Part shown: positions 43,603 through 53,349 of the stretch, piece by piece
Numbering within the stretch: position 1 is the first letter of the stretch
Layout: every line of letters begins with the position of its first letter
Assembly (NCBI GenBank): GCA_963772535.1
Contig: CAVYXN010000005.1
Location: forward strand, 161,408-225,407
Origin: an uncultured Acidobacteriota bacterium
GTDB lineage: Bacteria; Acidobacteriota; Terriglobia; Acidiferrales; UBA7541
Direction of reading: 5' to 3'
Length of the DNA: 64,000 nt
Position numbers and translations under genes: made by a program
The notes under the pieces: model-generated
Databases searched by the model: none
Told to the model about the DNA's origin: nothing
The model's input: the letters and a program-made list of their open reading frames with translations, nothing else

Positions 43603-43684
43603 TCCCCCTGCTAAAGCACGGGGCTCCCACCGAACTGCAAAGCGAAAGCAAGCTCTCGCACTCCAAAGTTCGCTTGCAAGAAAA

Positions 43685-44389
43685 CTACACATGGCGGAAG
43701 GGTTCTTCGATTTTTTCGCCTGAGACTTTTTGGGCATCACGCTCCAGGGATTTGGTGATTAAGTCCTTGGAGCCGAGACCCACCGCGAGCGCCAACGCGA
43801 AGACAATTCCTCCGAAGAGAATGCCGAAGGCTAGCTCGACGATGCCGGTGGCGATTCTCAGGTGCTCGAGGGCCATGGCCACTGTGAGGACGAGTACCAG
43901 CCATCGAACGCCCACGCTGAGCAAGCGAGCATAGTTCAGGTTCAGATTCACGGCACCGATTAGTACGCTTCGCGAAAGGTAGCGAGCGATGACGCTGCCG
44001 ACCACGAGGACCAGCACAGCGCCCAGCATGTTGGGGATGTAGGCGAAGATGCTGCGGGCGAGAAGGGACGTCCATTCGGCATCGAACGCGGCGATTCCAA
44101 TGAGAAAGCCAGCAACGATGATGGAGGCGGCAATCGCTCGCGATATCAGGAGAGTGGGGCTCTTCAGCAGCGGCCACTCGGAGGAAGAGCGGAAACCCCA
44201 CTGGGCGAGGCGCTGGTCAAACTGCATGCTGGTGAGCAAACGGCGAACGATCGCGGCAAGAAGAAAGCCCAATACGATCGAAATCAGCACCGCCACTAGA
44301 AGAGCTGCGGTACCTGGCAAGAGATCTGCAAATCGAGTTAGGAATCGCTCGGTGGACTGAGCCAGCGCTTGCTTGATTTCTCCCCACAT
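43685..44389 (-). CDS. integral membrane protein with repeated TM-helix modules (resembles N-terminal region of MscS-like proteins), function unknown
   Basis: 234 aa with four or more hydrophobic helices showing internal similarity (LLVAVLISIVLGFLLAAIVRR / VLVVGSVIARYLSR / VLTVAMALEHLRIA). Last gene of the glgE-strand cluster. Confidence 0.55.
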   Translation of the reverse strand: MWGEIKQALAQSTERFLTRFADLLPGTAALLVAVLISIVLGFLLAAIVRRLLTSMQFDQRLAQWGFRSSSEWPLLKSPTLLISRAIAASIIVAGFLIGIAAFDAEWTSLLARSIFAYIPNMLGAVLVLVVGSVIARYLSRSVLIGAVNLNLNYARLLSVGVRWLVLVLTVAMALEHLRIATGIVELAFGILFGGIVFALALAVGLGSKDLITKSLERDAQKVSGEKIEEPFRHV

Positions 44390-44437
44390 ATAGGACCTCC
44401 GGTGCTACTTCCTCTCCGCCGACGTTCGCGGAGAACG

Positions 44438-45673
44438 CTAAGGGTTGAATCGATCGGGCCAGCGCCATCGCGAAACGAGATAAGGCTTGGCGGATTCGTA
44501 CGCGACTGCCAGACGCTCGAGAATGCGCTCGACCGCTGCAGCATCGGCCGCTTCCGAATCACGGGCAAAGGCGGCGACCCAGGCGAGGTAGAGCGGCGTC
44601 ATGGATTTGAGCAAATGGTCGCGATTGATAGTGCGAAGGCGATGTGCTAACGCAAAATCGTAAACGATGCGGACCCATAATTCGTCGGGCATGCGAAATT
44701 GTTCGAGCGGCAGGCGGGCGAGCTTTCTGAGCTCGAGAAGCGAGGAGGGAGGCAGCACCAGATCCCAGATCTCCTGCAGATCTCGGATTCCGAGCTTGAA
44801 TGATTCGACCATTCGGCTGATGTCGACGGTTCCGGTGTCCTGAGACAAAAGAACAGGCTTGCCGAACGAGGGTAGAGGGACAGACGAGCGCGTTCTTTGC
44901 CAGCACGCCGCGCGTTTTTCCATGTCGGCAAACATGGGGCTCAGTATCTGCGCGACCAAGGAACTGATATTCGTCCAATCCGGCGGGGGATAGGTGCGCG
45001 GGCCCACGAGAACCTGGCAAACTTTGAGATTATCGCAAAGGGCGGCGGGAGCAATGGATGCCAGGGGATGCACACCACTCTTTTCAGAGCCGAGCATTTT
45101 GGTGAACAGGCGACGAGAAATGCCGAGGTCCGGTCCCATGGGATTGCGGATTCTTTTTCCGTAGAGGCAACGCGTGAGCGGGGCAATGATGCTGCTGTTC
45201 AGCAATCCTTCGAATTTCCGCAGCGCGTATTGCGGTGCGACGAGATCGAAATCCTCCTCTAGCAGCGGCTGCACCAATTCGCGAATCCAATCCGGCTTGG
45301 CATTTTCGATCGTGGACGTGACGATGCAGCAGGCCCGGGCGTTGAGCTGTTCGCTGACGGCGAAGGCGGATTGATATGCGGTGGCGATGTTGACGATCGG
45401 GGTGCCGGGATCATCTGTTTTCGACGACGGCCAGGGAATGAAATAGGGGGACGGACTTTTGTCGGAGGCTGCTGAAGTGGCGCCGGCTGGACCTCCGGCA
45501 TGGTCATTTCGCAAGGCTGCAATGATCGGAGAACCGGGAAGCGTTCGCAGAGAATCGCAAAGGGTGATGAGGCTTTCCTGATCCATGTCTGCGACGACGC
45601 CGAGCACCAAATCGGCAGCCTTCACCGGCTCGACTTTGTGCTCCGGCTGCTCTGCGATGGGTTCCACTGCCAA
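44438..45673 (-). CDS. hypothetical protein with GT-A-like (GpgS/MGS-like) layout, function unknown
   Basis: DLVAPQYALRKFEGLLNSSIIAPLTRCLYGKRIRNPMGPDLGISRR resembles the LVKxFYxR...TEL..RPLL segment of GT81-type enzymes. By-eye judgement only. Confidence 0.5.
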   Translation of the reverse strand: MAVEPIAEQPEHKVEPVKAADLVLGVVADMDQESLITLCDSLRTLPGSPIIAALRNDHAGGPAGATSAASDKSPSPYFIPWPSSKTDDPGTPIVNIATAYQSAFAVSEQLNARACCIVTSTIENAKPDWIRELVQPLLEEDFDLVAPQYALRKFEGLLNSSIIAPLTRCLYGKRIRNPMGPDLGISRRLFTKMLGSEKSGVHPLASIAPAALCDNLKVCQVLVGPRTYPPPDWTNISSLVAQILSPMFADMEKRAACWQRTRSSVPLPSFGKPVLLSQDTGTVDISRMVESFKLGIRDLQEIWDLVLPPSSLLELRKLARLPLEQFRMPDELWVRIVYDFALAHRLRTINRDHLLKSMTPLYLAWVAAFARDSEAADAAAVERILERLAVAYESAKPYLVSRWRWPDRFNP

Positions 45674-45789
45674 CGTTTTGTTCCTTAGTTATGTTCCCTA
45701 GCGGCAAGCCAGCCGTGCAAAGCCGGGTGGCTGCTATAGCGATTGTTACACCGTTGAATCTGATTCTGGTGGCCTATGAGCAAAAAAAA

Positions 45790-48700
45790 TTAAATCGAGA
45801 GCGACATAATGCCCAGCAACGGAATGCGCACCCAGTCGGGACGGGCGTTCAGCTCGTAAAGCACTTCGTAGAGCGCCTTGTCCAGAAGGAATAGGTCGAG
45901 CAGTTTTCGAAATTCTGCGATATCGGACGGCAGAAATGCAGCGCCTTGGGCTGTTTCCCGGTAGGCGCGCAAGAATGCAGCTGACGCAGATCGCTCCCAG
46001 AGTTGGGCCCAGGGTTCGAGGCGGGCGACGTCCTCAGTGTGACGCTCTGTGTAGTTGATGAGGCTGGCGTAGGCGGCATAGCTGAAAGAGCGCAGCATAC
46101 CGGCCACATCTTTCAGCGGGCATTGTTTGGCACGACGATAGGCGAGCGGCCGGGCTGGTTCACCTTCGAAATCAAGGATTACGAAATCGGTCTTCACGCG
46201 CAACACCTGGCCCAAGTGATAGTCACCATGAATTCGAATTCGCTGCGTTCGAAAGCTGGCTGATTTCAATATTGCGAAATGATCGAGGATGCGGCGGCGG
46301 CGGCTGAGCACTGTGGCGGCAATTTCGATCACTTCGTCGGGCAAGTAGGACACGCGCTCCTTCAGCACGTCCAAGACCTGCGAAGCGTGCTGCTGAAAAT
46401 CAGCGAGGACGGCTTGGAGATCTTCGGGCGTCCAAGGCTCTGGCTTGAACGCCGGATCGTCCGTTGGAGAAGCCAGGGCGAGGTGCAATTCGGCGGTGCG
46501 GCGGCCCAGTGTGGCGGCGGCATCAAAATAGATGCCTAGATGGTCGCGAGCTAGCTGAGAAACCGGATGCTCCGACATCTCGATCGGATCCCCGAATTTT
46601 GCGTTTGCGTTTTCGGGAAACTTCAGCGGCGCGGAAGTTTCGAAGTAGCGATCAAGTTCTTCGACTGTCCATTTCCAGCCGTCGCCCTCGTTCTCCACCA
46701 AGCCTTGCAGCAGGGCAAGCGCGGTTACTTCCGAGCCATTGGTGGCCGATTTGAGTTCAATGGATCCGGCAAAGGGAGGAATGTGATCAAACTTTGCTTT
46801 TTCGGTGAGGTATCGCCCAATTTCGACATCAGGATTAATTCCGGGCTCCAGACGGCGGAAGAGTTTCAGAATGAGGCGATCGCCGAATATGATCGAAGTG
46901 TTGCTTTGCTCGGCCGAACCTCGCTTTACGGGCAGCGATTCTGCGGCGGATCCGAGAATTTGCTGGAAGGCCTTGCTTGGAAGTCCTCGAATGAGACCTT
47001 CGCTCGCGTGTAGTTCGCGCCCGGTTTCAATCAGCGAGAGAAATTCGCGGCACATGGAGTCGTCGAAGACTCCGTCGCAGAGAAGGCCTGTTAGCTTTGC
47101 CGACGCGATGGAGGTGACGACGGCGTTGGGCGCGGTGTGGCGCAATTCGCTAGCGGTGTCGCCGAGGACCATCGCTAAAGGCACGAAATATACGTCGGGA
47201 TTGCCGGTGTCGAAGCAAGTCTCAACGAAAGCCAGGGCGAATCGGTCCTCGCTTAACGAGCTCCAGTTGATGATGCGAGTGGATTTGAGATGTCGGGACT
47301 TTCCGGCGAACCAGCGCTGCTTCAGGAGAAATTCCGGAAGGTTGAAGGTTTCCAGGCGCTGGCGGCTCGCGCCATCGAAGATGCTTCCCCAGCCTACAGC
47401 AACGTTCAACGGCGACTGTTCAACGACATCTACGGTGGGCTCGGTCGATTCGGCGCGCTGCTGAAGTTCGAGCCACAAGAAACTGTAGGGAGCCAGCGTG
47501 AAACGGTAGGGCTGGCGTTCGATGGCTGGGAACTCTACGTAACCGAGCATCTCAACTGGTACCAAGCCCTCGAGCTTCGAGAGCTCGAGATCGACGGGCT
47601 GAGCGAAGCGCGAAAGATTCGCGAGGCAGAGAACCTGTTCGTCTTCGTAGGTCCTGAGATACGCCAGGATTTTGCGATTCGATGGATTGAGGAACTCGAT
47701 GCCGCCACGCCCGAAGACGCTGAAAAGTTTTCGGAGGGCGATCATGTTGCGCATCCAGTTCAGCAGCGAAGAGGGATCGCCCTGCTGCGCTTCGACGTTG
47801 ATCGCTTCGTATCCCCAGACTGGATCCATGATCACGGGGCTGTAGAGGCGGGCGGGCACAGCCGTGGAAAATCCGGCGTTGCGGTCACCATTCCATTGCA
47901 TCGGAGTGCGGACGCCATTGCGATCGCCGAGGTAAATGTTGTCGCCCATTCCGATTTCGTCACCGTAGTAGAGGATGGGCGTGCCGGGGAATGAGAGCAG
48001 CAAACTGTTCAAGAGTTCGATTCGGCGGCGATTGTTGTCGACGAGAGGAGCCAGGCGGCGGCGAATGCCGAGATTGATGCGCATCCTGGGATCGGCGCTG
48101 TAGGCGAGATACATGTAGTCGCGCTCGTCGTTGGTAACCATTTCGAGCGTGAGCTCGTCGTGATTTCTGAGGAAGAGTCCCCACTGGCACGTGTCGGGAA
48201 TCGGAGGAGTTTGCGCGATGATGTCGGTGATTGGCAGGCGATCTTCCTGGCGTAGGGCCATGTAGATGCGCGGCATCAGCGGGAAATGAAATGCCATGTG
48301 GCATTCGTCTCCATCGCCGAAGTAAGGGCGGACGTCGGGCGGCCACTGGTTGGCTTCAGCCAGGACCATGCGATTGGAATAATCGGCGTCAATCTCGTGC
48401 CGGAGAGATTTGATGACGGCGTGAGTCTCCGGAAGATTTTCGCAGCTGGTGCCGTCGCGCTCGACGAGATAAGGAATGGCGTCGATGCGCAGGGCGTCTA
48501 CTCCCATATCCAGCCAGAACTTCATTACCTTCAGAACCTCGGCGACGACTCTTGGATTGTCGTAATTGAGATCGGGCTGATGGGAGAAAAACCGGTGCCA
48601 GAAGAATTGCTTGGCGATGGGATCCCACGTCCAATTCGATCTTTCGGTATCGGAGAAAATAATTCGAGCGTCCTTATATTTTTCTTCGGTGTCGCTCCAA

Positions 48701-49107
48701 ACGTAAAAATCTCGTTCGGGCGAACCAATCGGAGCCTGACGGGCGGCCTGAAACCACGGGTGCTGATCGGACGTGTGATTCACTACCAGCTCGATCATCA
48801 CCTGGAGGCCGCGCTCGTGAGCTGCGCCCAGGACGGCCTTAAAGTCGTCGAGCGTGCCGTACATGGGATGGACATTCATGTAGTCGGAGATGTCGTAGCC
48901 ATCGTCCTTGAGAGGCGATGGAAAGAAAGGCAAAAGCCAAATGCAGGTGACGCCGAGATCCTGCAGGTAGTCCATTTTCTGAAGCAGGCCGGGAAAATCG
49001 CCGATGCCGTCGGCGTTGCTGTCTTTGAAGGCGCGCACGTGCAGCTCGTAGACGAGTGCGTCCTTGTACCAGAGCGGATCCGATGCGCTGCCGGGCAGCT
49101 TTGCCAT
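45790..49107 (-). CDS. treS: trehalose synthase fused to maltokinase (TreS-Mak/Pep2)
   Basis: 1105 aa. N-terminal GH13 domain with [46 protein letters not shown]-terminal kinase domain with [11 protein letters not shown] and VILDFEGEP. Confidence 0.92.
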   Translation of the reverse strand: MAKLPGSASDPLWYKDALVYELHVRAFKDSNADGIGDFPGLLQKMDYLQDLGVTCIWLLPFFPSPLKDDGYDISDYMNVHPMYGTLDDFKAVLGAAHERGLQVMIELVVNHTSDQHPWFQAARQAPIGSPERDFYVWSDTEEKYKDARIIFSDTERSNWTWDPIAKQFFWHRFFSHQPDLNYDNPRVVAEVLKVMKFWLDMGVDALRIDAIPYLVERDGTSCENLPETHAVIKSLRHEIDADYSNRMVLAEANQWPPDVRPYFGDGDECHMAFHFPLMPRIYMALRQEDRLPITDIIAQTPPIPDTCQWGLFLRNHDELTLEMVTNDERDYMYLAYSADPRMRINLGIRRRLAPLVDNNRRRIELLNSLLLSFPGTPILYYGDEIGMGDNIYLGDRNGVRTPMQWNGDRNAGFSTAVPARLYSPVIMDPVWGYEAINVEAQQGDPSSLLNWMRNMIALRKLFSVFGRGGIEFLNPSNRKILAYLRTYEDEQVLCLANLSRFAQPVDLELSKLEGLVPVEMLGYVEFPAIERQPYRFTLAPYSFLWLELQQRAESTEPTVDVVEQSPLNVAVGWGSIFDGASRQRLETFNLPEFLLKQRWFAGKSRHLKSTRIINWSSLSEDRFALAFVETCFDTGNPDVYFVPLAMVLGDTASELRHTAPNAVVTSIASAKLTGLLCDGVFDDSMCREFLSLIETGRELHASEGLIRGLPSKAFQQILGSAAESLPVKRGSAEQSNTSIIFGDRLILKLFRRLEPGINPDVEIGRYLTEKAKFDHIPPFAGSIELKSATNGSEVTALALLQGLVENEGDGWKWTVEELDRYFETSAPLKFPENANAKFGDPIEMSEHPVSQLARDHLGIYFDAAATLGRRTAELHLALASPTDDPAFKPEPWTPEDLQAVLADFQQHASQVLDVLKERVSYLPDEVIEIAATVLSRRRRILDHFAILKSASFRTQRIRIHGDYHLGQVLRVKTDFVILDFEGEPARPLAYRRAKQCPLKDVAGMLRSFSYAAYASLINYTERHTEDVARLEPWAQLWERSASAAFLRAYRETAQGAAFLPSDIAEFRKLLDLFLLDKALYEVLYELNARPDWVRIPLLGIMSLSI

Positions 49108-49125
49108 GTCGCTTTTCCCCGCGTG

Positions 49126-51033
49126 TCAGGTAATGCTTGGAGATTCTGGCCGGAAAATCACGATTCCAAGAGGCGGAAGCGTCATATTCAGAGAAAACGG
49201 GCGGCCGTGAATCGGGAGCGGGACCGTGGATAGGCCGCCGAAATTTCCCTGGCCGGAGCCGCCGTATAAAGGTGCGTCGCTGTTTAGAATTTCTCTCCAG
49301 TAGCCTTCCAGGGGAACACCGACTCGATAATTCTGGCGTACGACCGGAGTGAAATTGCAGACGAAGAGAAGCTGTTCGTTTGGATTCTGTCCGCGGCGGA
49401 GGAAGCTTATGATGCTGCGCTGAAAATCCTTGCAATCAACCCATTCGAAACCGGCTGAATTGAAGTCCATGGTGTGCAGCAAAGGCTCGCCGCGATATAG
49501 GGTGTTTAAGTCGCGTACCCAACGCTTCAGTCCGGCATGAGAAGGATGTTCGAGCAGATTCCACTCGAGGCTCGCATCGTGGTTCCACTCCGACCATTGG
49601 CCGAATTCGTCGCCCATGAATAGAAGCTTTTTCCCGGGGTGGCCGAACATGAAGCCGTAGAGAAGGCGGAGATTCGCGAATTTCTGCCAATCGTCGCCCG
49701 GCATCTTACGAATCATGGAGTCTTTGCCGTAGACGACTTCGTCGTGCGAGAAAGGTAAAACGAAATTTTCAGCGAATGCGTAGACGAGGCTGAAAGTGAT
49801 CTCGTTGTGATGGTAGTTGCGGTATACGGGATCCTGCGACATGTAGTTCAGCACATCGTGCATCCAGCCCATATTCCACTTCAGGCCGAAGCCGAGCCCT
49901 CCGAGGTAAATGGGACGCGACACTTGGGGCCAGGACGTGGATTCTTCCGCAATCATCATTGTATCGGGGTAGGCGCCATAGACGTGTTCGTTCAGAGTAC
50001 GCAGGAAATGAATCGCGTCGAGGTTTTCTTTGCCGCCGAAACGATTGGGTATCCATTGGCCTTCGGGACGGCCGTAATCGAGATACAACATTGAGGCGAC
50101 GGCATCGACTCGCAGGCCGTCGACGTGATATTTGTCCATCCAAAAGAGCGCATTGCTAATCAGAAAATTCTGGACTTCGTTGCGGCCGTAGTTGAAGACG
50201 AAGGTGTTCCAGTCTGGATGCTCGCCCTGTCTGGGATCTTCGTGCTCGTAGAGATGCGATCCGTCGAAGTAGCCGAGGCCTGCTTCATCTTTCGGAAAAT
50301 GCGCCGGGACCCAATCCAGAACTACGCCGATTCCTCGTTGATGAAGATAGTCGACGAGGTACATGAAGTCGTCGGGCGTGCCGAAGCGGCTGGTGGGAGC
50401 AAAATAGCCGAGTGTCTCGTATCCCCAGGAACCGTCGAAGGGGTGCTCCATGACGGGAAGAAATTCGATGTGCGTGAAACCTGCGTCGTGGACGTAATCG
50501 GCAAGAAGCGGAGCTAGTTCGCGATAGGTGAGCCAGCGGTTATTTTCGTCCAGTGCGCGTTTCCAGGAGCCGAGATGCACCTCGTAGAAAGATAGCGGAG
50601 AGCTGAGAGAATTGCTGTTTGTGCGATTCTTCATCCAGGATTCGTCATGCCAGGAATAATTTTCGAGATTCCAAACGCGGGAGGCCGTTTGCGGACGAAT
50701 TTCCGCGGCGAAGCCGTAGGGATCCGCTTTGTCGACCTTGTAACCGCGATAGCGCGATTCGATGTGATATTTGTAGCTGGCGCCTTGAGCGATATCCGGA
50801 ACAAAACCTTCCCAGATTCCTGCGGTGGACGGCTGCATGACCGCCGTATTCGGGTTCCAATTGTTGAAGTCGCCGATGATTGAGACACGCTTCGCATTGG
50901 GCGCCCAAACGGCGAACTGGACGCCGCGCTTGCCGTCTTTCTCGGTGACGTGAGCGCCGAGCTTTTCGTAGGCGCGGTAGTGGGTGCCTTCCGCGAGTAA
51001 GTACAGATCAAATTCGCTTATCGTCGATTGCAA
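49126..51033 (-). CDS. glgB: 1,4-alpha-glucan branching enzyme
   Basis: [22 protein letters not shown] (CBM48), [47 protein letters not shown]. Confidence 0.93.
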   Translation of the reverse strand: MQSTISEFDLYLLAEGTHYRAYEKLGAHVTEKDGKRGVQFAVWAPNAKRVSIIGDFNNWNPNTAVMQPSTAGIWEGFVPDIAQGASYKYHIESRYRGYKVDKADPYGFAAEIRPQTASRVWNLENYSWHDESWMKNRTNSNSLSSPLSFYEVHLGSWKRALDENNRWLTYRELAPLLADYVHDAGFTHIEFLPVMEHPFDGSWGYETLGYFAPTSRFGTPDDFMYLVDYLHQRGIGVVLDWVPAHFPKDEAGLGYFDGSHLYEHEDPRQGEHPDWNTFVFNYGRNEVQNFLISNALFWMDKYHVDGLRVDAVASMLYLDYGRPEGQWIPNRFGGKENLDAIHFLRTLNEHVYGAYPDTMMIAEESTSWPQVSRPIYLGGLGFGLKWNMGWMHDVLNYMSQDPVYRNYHHNEITFSLVYAFAENFVLPFSHDEVVYGKDSMIRKMPGDDWQKFANLRLLYGFMFGHPGKKLLFMGDEFGQWSEWNHDASLEWNLLEHPSHAGLKRWVRDLNTLYRGEPLLHTMDFNSAGFEWVDCKDFQRSIISFLRRGQNPNEQLLFVCNFTPVVRQNYRVGVPLEGYWREILNSDAPLYGGSGQGNFGGLSTVPLPIHGRPFSLNMTLPPLGIVIFRPESPSIT

Positions 51034-51114
51034 CTTCGCACTCCCTGGTGCTTATTCGTTATTCGCTCGTAAAAGTCGAACTTTATTGCCACTTTTCTGG
51101 CGTGTTTTTGCGCG

Positions 51115-53121
51115 CTAGAGATAGTAGTCAAAATCACGCTCCGTTCGAACCAAACAGCGAATGTGGAAGATGTGAGCCGGGAGGCTTTCCGGCGTGAGCT
51201 CCACATAATTTCGCGAACCGTGCCACATGTACTGACCTTCGCCGAGCAAATCGTGAACCTGAAATTCGTGGTCGGCGTCCACGCCAATGGCGGCTAAATC
51301 GAGATTAACCCAGCCCGATTGCATGTGGAAGCAGTCGAGATTTACCACGACCACGATCACGTCAGAGAAATCCCTGGTCACCTTGCTGTAGCAGAGGAGC
51401 GAAGGATTGTCGGTTGCATGGAACCGCAGGGTGCTATTGCTTTGCAGGGCTGGATTTTCTTTGCGAATTCGATTGACGCGGGCGATGAGCTCACTAAGGC
51501 TGCCGGCAGCGTGCAGATCCCAGTGCCGGAGCTCATATTTCTCTGAATTCAAATATTCCTCGCTGCCTGGTTGAAGCGGGACGTTCTCGCAAAGCTCGAA
51601 TGCCGGGCCATAGATGCCATAGCTCGATCCAAGCGTGGCTGCCAGAATCAGACGAATCATGAAGGAGGGGCGTCCTCCGGTCTGGAGAATTTGCGAAAGG
51701 ATGTCTGGAGTGTTGGGCCACAGATTGGGTCGAAAAAAGTCTCGCACCTCCGTTTGAGTGAGCTCGGTGAAGTAGTCGGTGAGTTCTTCTTTGGTGTTGC
51801 GCCAAGTGAAGTACGTGTAAGACTGGGAGAAACCCAGTTTGGCGAGCCGGTACATTACGTGAGGCCTTGTGAATGCTTCCGCAAGGAAAAGAACATCGGG
51901 ATGCTGAGCTTTAATTTCGCCGATCACCCATTCCCAGAAGGCGAAAGGCTTTGTGTGAGGATTGTCCACACGGAATATCCGGACACTTTGCTCAATCCAG
52001 AAATCGAAAACGCTCTTCAATTCGTCCCACAACGTTCGCCACTGAGGGCTTTCAAAATCCAGCGGATAGATATCCTGATATTTCTTGGGCGGATTTTCGG
52101 CGTACTGTATGGTGCCGTCCGGGCGTTTGCGGAACCATTCCGGATGTTCGCGGACATACGGGTGATCTGGTGAACACTGAAACGCGATATCGAGAGCGAC
52201 TTCGAGTCCCTGCTTTTCTGCCGCCGCACGAAAGTGTTTGAAATCTTCGAGTGTGCCGAGTTGGGGAAGAATGGATTTGTGGCCGCCCTCCGCCGATCCA
52301 ATTGCCCAGGGGCTGCCTGTGTCTGTGGGCTGCCGTTCCGTGGAATTATTTTTACCCTTTCGAAACGACCGCCCGATGGGATGAACTGGCGGAAGATATA
52401 CGACGTCGAAACCCATCGAGGCGATGTACGGAAGAACTTGTTCGCAATCGCGAAATGTTCCGTGACGCCCAGGCTGAGGAGAGCACGACCGGGGGAATAC
52501 TTCATACCAGGTGGAGAAACGCGCCTTGTCGCGATCGACGGTGACGCTCAGGTCTTTTTCGTAGCGGGTCGAGAAGTTGCGGACTGGATATTGTTGGAGG
52601 ACACCGAGCAGCTCTTCTTCGAGGGCTATACTTGCGCCTTCCGGCTTATCTTTCGCCTCTCGCAACCGTTTCGCCCATTGGCAGAGAATTTCGGCGTTCT
52701 TGGCAGGAGCCTGCGTAGCGGCTTCCTCAATCAGGTCAGCTCCGATCAGGAGTTCGACGTTTAGATTTTGCTGAGCGGCGACTCGCTTCATGAGCGCGGC
52801 GCGCCAGGTCTGGAAATGGTCGATCCATCCTTCGATCGTGTACTGATACCGGCCGAGCTTCGCCACGAAGAACTCGCCGCGCCAGCGATCGTTGGTTAGC
52901 GGCATCATCGGAGATGCAAGCAAATTCTTCGGATCCTGCCAGTAGAGCAGGCGGCACGTAACCTGGTCGTGGCCGTCTGCAAAAACAGCGGCTTCGACAC
53001 GCACCATGTCACCTACAACGCGCTTGATGGGAAATCGCCCGCAATCGATTTCGGGAGTTACTCCCTCGATTACGACACGACGCCTGCTTTCTATTTGCTG
53101 GTCTACCGGCCGATCTGGCAC
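51115..53121 (-). CDS. glgE: alpha-1,4-glucan:maltose-1-phosphate maltosyltransferase
   Basis: GTG start. VVIEGVTPEIDCGRFPIKRVVGD, YEVFPRS, GFDVVYLPPVHPIG, FRVDNPHTKPF, FLAEAFTRP. Confidence 0.92.
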   Translation of the reverse strand: MPDRPVDQQIESRRRVVIEGVTPEIDCGRFPIKRVVGDMVRVEAAVFADGHDQVTCRLLYWQDPKNLLASPMMPLTNDRWRGEFFVAKLGRYQYTIEGWIDHFQTWRAALMKRVAAQQNLNVELLIGADLIEEAATQAPAKNAEILCQWAKRLREAKDKPEGASIALEEELLGVLQQYPVRNFSTRYEKDLSVTVDRDKARFSTWYEVFPRSCSPQPGRHGTFRDCEQVLPYIASMGFDVVYLPPVHPIGRSFRKGKNNSTERQPTDTGSPWAIGSAEGGHKSILPQLGTLEDFKHFRAAAEKQGLEVALDIAFQCSPDHPYVREHPEWFRKRPDGTIQYAENPPKKYQDIYPLDFESPQWRTLWDELKSVFDFWIEQSVRIFRVDNPHTKPFAFWEWVIGEIKAQHPDVLFLAEAFTRPHVMYRLAKLGFSQSYTYFTWRNTKEELTDYFTELTQTEVRDFFRPNLWPNTPDILSQILQTGGRPSFMIRLILAATLGSSYGIYGPAFELCENVPLQPGSEEYLNSEKYELRHWDLHAAGSLSELIARVNRIRKENPALQSNSTLRFHATDNPSLLCYSKVTRDFSDVIVVVVNLDCFHMQSGWVNLDLAAIGVDADHEFQVHDLLGEGQYMWHGSRNYVELTPESLPAHIFHIRCLVRTERDFDYYL

Positions 53122-53349
53122 TAGTTTTTTGGCTCCTGATTGCAGGACATCATTGGCCCTGTGTTCTCTATCTTTAATATAAGCATCCCAATGGGTTTGC
53201 TATCCACCTAAGATTGTTTCGAAATGGCCGGATCTACACTGCGGTCATCACTAAAATATTCTCCTGGGCGGAAGAACCACACAATCAGGTTAATTCCCCT
53301 CTTTCTTAGGGGCGCTAGGCGTGATTGTGGCTGGTAACATGTTGTCTAA

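Noticed and set aside
43497-43934. 145-aa plus-strand ORF spanning the gap after the cytochrome c gene and the 3' end of the membrane protein gene.
   Set aside because: Its first half is the translation of REP-like hairpins (GLKPILAMTLFRWTEVQLPLLKHGAPT). Its second half is antisense to a credible membrane protein gene.
53116-53135. Sigma-54-like TGGCAC element (TGGCACTAGTTTTTTGG) at the glgE start.
   Set aside because: The -12 TTGC element is missing. The TGGCAC overlaps the glgE GTG start codon on the opposite strand. Other TGGCAC occurrences in the window are intragenic and also lack TTGC at the correct spacing.
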